From positions 34,038,001 to 34,102,000 of the forward strand of contig OZ320316.1 in assembly GCA_976226885.1 (NCBI GenBank): 64,000 nucleotides of DNA, read 5' to 3'. Below the pieces are notes generated by a model. That model was not told the DNA's origin, ran no database searches, and worked only from the letters and a program-made list of their open reading frames with translations. Below, piece by piece: positions 60,097 to 64,000 of the stretch (positions within the stretch are counted from its first letter, which is position 1; each line of letters starts with the position of its first letter). The stretch is from Iphione sp. A-MEVVRFRX5. Lineage: Eukaryota. A program made the position numbers and the translations under genes.

Positions 60097-60494
60097 TTAT
60101 CAAACTGCTTGGACTTGAAAGTAGACACATACGACATCCTGGCTGATGAGGGGAACATGGTCTCAATTGATATAGAGCATCTACCAAGATTCTCAAACAC
60201 CTTTTCAGCACCCTTTCATTTTTGTTGATGTGTGAATGGTTGAAAGAATGTTGCTACTAAGATTAAGTGCTATCCCCAAGGACACAAACCTTCCACACCC
60301 GCTGCCTTTTGTATGGAAAGCAGGAAGTCCTGCCCAAGCAGTTAACATACAACTATCCCCACACACACGGACATGTCTGGACATGCCACCTGCTGTGTGC
60401 AAGACAATCGGTGTTTATCTGGGGAGCCCGTACCCCTCCACCTCTTACGTGTTGTGAATAGAATATAACATAATAGAATAGAGTAGCAAAGATA

Positions 60495-60620
60495 GGAATT
60501 CAATGAGATCTGTACAAAAAATACATTTTTTAATACAAATTTGACAGGAATTCAGTGAGATCTGCACAAAAAACATGTTACTTACACAAATTTGACAGGA
60601 ATCCAGTGAGATATGCACAC
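60495..60620. repeat. ~50-bp tandem repeat (about 2.5 copies)
   Basis: GAATTCAGTGAGATCTGCACAAAAAA...ACAAATTTGACAG units. Confidence 0.75.
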
Positions 60621-63600
60621 ATACACACACACATCAGGAAGACAATGTATATAGGTCGCGCACATGGGGGTAGACCCTGCCACCTGTTGCAGGAAGGTCC
60701 AGGTAGCACGCACCATGCCACAAGTTGCATACTGACTATTCGTGTCCATGGGAACAGCACTTTAGAGTTCAATAACAAATGCCAGTATCCTCTTATTCAA
60801 ATGTGATATGTATGTAACAATTTTCCAGGAATACACAAGCAGAGTAAGGCAGACCTTCCATGTACACATATTTGTGATGTTGGCTATTTAGCCGAGATAT
60901 GCCAGAAAAACCAGGACAGGAATCTTCAATACCTATCTGTGTGTGAACATAGAGCATAAGCATGTGTGAACATTTTGTTAATCAGTTGTCAACCGGTTTT
61001 CACACATATGGTTGTGTCTGCGTTGCACAAGGTAGGTTAATTCCAACCTCCAGCAGTTGTCAACCTGGCTCCATGGTCATTCTGTCTATTATAGCGAATA
61101 TGTGTACATGTACATGGAAAGACCAGCATGCAGTCCAACCAAGGAGCGTGTGGGACCACACGTTTTGGAACAAAACCTATGCCAGAAGCCGTGTCCACGG
61201 AAAACCCACCTAAGAATAATATTGCCATCAGAATCATCCCTATGGTGCATTCCTCTTTTCTCTTACATATGTAGATTATTATAATGGCAACATCTGCTCC
61301 CACGTAATTGGCATTCTAGTCTACTTTTTGCTGCATAAAAGCCACGTAAATTGATTTCTAAGTGAGTATACTGCCTTATACAGCAAAGCAGTTAAATATA
61401 TGATTTCAAACGTGAGCATAAAGATCCTTATTTTTTGCCATTCTCGTATTTTTTTAGTCTCTCGTTTACACAAGGACAACTATAGTCTCCGGTTGCATTA
61501 CCTATGCTATATGTCCCTTCCATTTATAAAAGTGTAAAGAATCGTTCTATATTTCCGTCCATTTAACTCTTAGTGTATTGACCCTACCTGCTTCTATAGT
61601 CTTCCAGAAGATGTCACATGATGAATATTATCGAAACAAAGCATTATAAAAATAAGCCTGGATGGTTGCTTTCCTATATTTCTCATCTCCCTAGTTGTTA
61701 ACATACATTCTAGTCGGCTTTGCCTCGCCCTGCCATTTATGCCCGCTTGTCCTTGCAAAATTTCCAACAGAGCTGCGATCAGAACCATTCCAGCGAGAAA
61801 ATGGCCATAAAAGCCCGCCAGGCCGGTGCAAGAATGTATAGACCTACCACAGTTTTTATATGGCCAACAAATTCATATTCTCTTTGGTGATGTTTTATGG
61901 CTGAGAGTTACGGGGCTCGTGTACGTGCTCTCACCGGGAAAGTTTATACACGGGGAGAAGAGTTCGGCCACTGGGGTGTGGGGCGTGAGGGCGTATATAT
62001 GTACGACTATGCTAGACGTGCGTTAGCAGTTGGAAGGGTGAGGGCGTGATTGTGGCAGGAGGGAAGAAAAGGAGAGGAAAGGACGGAGGTCGTTATCCTA
62101 GGAAGATGAGGGTGGCAGGGGTCAAGTAAAGGTGAGGGGTGGGGGAGCGCTAGGGCGCTCACAGAATACCGTCCTCAAACCGAACTTAAGTCAGCCTGTC
62201 TCAGCTCGTGCGGTCTGGGGTGAGGGAAGTACAAGGTGGGAGGGGGCATCCAGATCCTGGAGCAAATATTCTGCACTGATGGGCTCGGACAAGACAATGA
62301 ACCCAATTATTTCCTCTGTTGTGTTGGGGAGACCGGGGACAATGTGGTAAAGTATCCATTCGAGGCACAGAGGCTTCCATATACATGTACATATACATTA
62401 TGTTGGGATTTCCGTTAGCCCTGAGGACTATCTTGGTAGGCAGAATTCTGAGCAGCGACTGTCTGTCAAATATGACGGAGTGCACATTTAATGCGCGATG
62501 GATCTTCATACGAAGCACACTGCATTATATCGGTATCTTTAGCATGTTCATAAATGAAAAGAAATAGGATATATGGGAAGCAGCTGGTACATTTCCTATT
62601 ATTTTGATTTTTTATGCACATTACGGCAAAGTACATCCATATGAAACGAATGAGACATACAAGGAAACACTGTCTTAGTTGAGAGGACAAATCCATGCGA
62701 GGACAAATTGATCTTCGGCCAAGTTATCACAAGTGTTAGGGACATTGTGTATTAAATATCCAGTTATAGGAAAGAGCTGACTTGATAAGAGTTTTAACCT
62801 GGCTGTGGAGTACATTACCACAACAGCAGTTTAGTCAGGAGACGCGAATGTAGTGTAAGGCTGAATTTCCTTGTATCCGTGAAGTATGCCTCTGTATTTT
62901 CGCTGTGAAATTGGGGGACTATCATTAACAGGAGTACATCCATGCACATGTTGAGTGTGTATTATGTATTGTGTAAGGCCCTCATCATATGTCTGTATGA
63001 CTTCTGGACAAATATTATGTCTACGGGTCTGGAGATGTGGAATACCTCCTGCTGAGTGTACTAGTACATGTATGTAAAACCAGATGTTTTTTCACCATTG
63101 CTTCCTATGGACTACGCATCCGTAGACATAGAACATGGGTCCTGGACAGGTTTGGCATCTACATCTATGTGTGCGCATCCATAGAACAACACATCTACAT
63201 GTACATCTGAATGGTCTACATAATTTCCATGGTATGGGTAAAATACGTCTATGGATTTGTAGCCATATATTTATAAGTACACATACATGTGATAGGGGCC
63301 TTCCATGGGATACGTTTTGGATTAAGAGTTGTCCCATTTCTCTGTGAAAGTCTTCCATGTTTCTAATGTGTTTTTTTGGTCTATGCTTATGAACAGACAT
63401 GTGTCGTGAAAACACGTTGCAAACACATGACATCATGTTTACAGCAGTTATAGGATTAGCAAAGTGCTATTTGTTCACAGTGGCAAACATGGACCAAAAC
63501 ATACTACATTCAAAGGTACAAGGAAATTAAGCCAAAGAAACCTTTGCCATATGCAGCAGATGTTTTACTTCACTTTGGACATTGATCATAAGGGTCAGCG

Positions 63601-63774
63601 ACCTTGAAATTGCAATCCGATCAGAGAAGGAGTGGCTCACCTGGACAGCATCACCTATTCCTGGCTGGTAATTGGCATTTAACATATGTGAAGATACACC
63701 TTAACATATGTTAATTGTTAAAAATCAATATCAGAGAATAGAATCGAGTCTTTGTGCTGAAAGTGACACATGTT

Positions 63775-63915
63775 AGTGGAAATTGTGAGGCTCTTTGTTG
63801 AAAATGAGACATATCAGTGGAAATTGTGCATCTTTGTGTTGAAAGAGGCATATCGGTGGAAATTGTGTGGCTCTTGTCAAAAGTGAGGTATATTGGTACA
63901 AATTGTGTGGCTTTT
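63775..63915. repeat. ~40-bp tandem repeat (3-4 copies)
   Basis: GTGGAAATTGTG..GCTCTTTGTTGAAA..GAG.CATATC units. Confidence 0.8.
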
Positions 63916-64000
63916 TTTGCAAATGATATGCAAATTAGGTAAAAAATGTACCATATGTTAACACATTTAACATATGTTAAAATAGTGCATATAGCCCCTG

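Noticed and set aside
60100-60402. - strand LPAFH..SGC resembling XPG-like/Academ transposon proteins
   Set aside because: The motif is too degraded and short to support a call.

Overview
Animal (invertebrate-type), AT-rich, intron-rich genomic DNA with three assembly gaps (8629-8896, 23296-23437, 53692-53827). I assembled all gene models by hand from GT-AG junctions and phase checks. Host genes: the last exon of a syntaxin-7/12-like SNARE (+), KTI12 (-, 9 exons) head-to-head with dUTPase DUT (+, 6 exons, two in-frame starts), ISOC1 (-, 5 exons), and a 20-exon CCDC78-like gene (+, ~918 aa) whose N-terminal third is a kinesin-like domain with an intact P-loop but degenerate switch I/II. Mobile DNA: the 5' end of a Ty3/gypsy element at the left edge; a complete 4.7-kb tyrosine-recombinase (Ngaro/DIRS-type) retrotransposon with split direct repeats; a very young 4-kb LTR element (identical LTRs, TSD, PBS, PPT) encoding only Gag-protease because RT/RNaseH/integrase core is deleted in frame; a decayed gypsy RT; tRNA-derived SINEs; a Helentron-like insert; and several MITEs, some with 5-6 bp TSDs. 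The best leads are the pseudo-kinesin/CCDC78 architecture, the non-autonomous gag-pro LTR element, the YR element whose gag-pol fusion may result from a 23-nt duplication, and a spacer-less 70-bp palindrome. Homology calls come from recalled motifs, not database searches.
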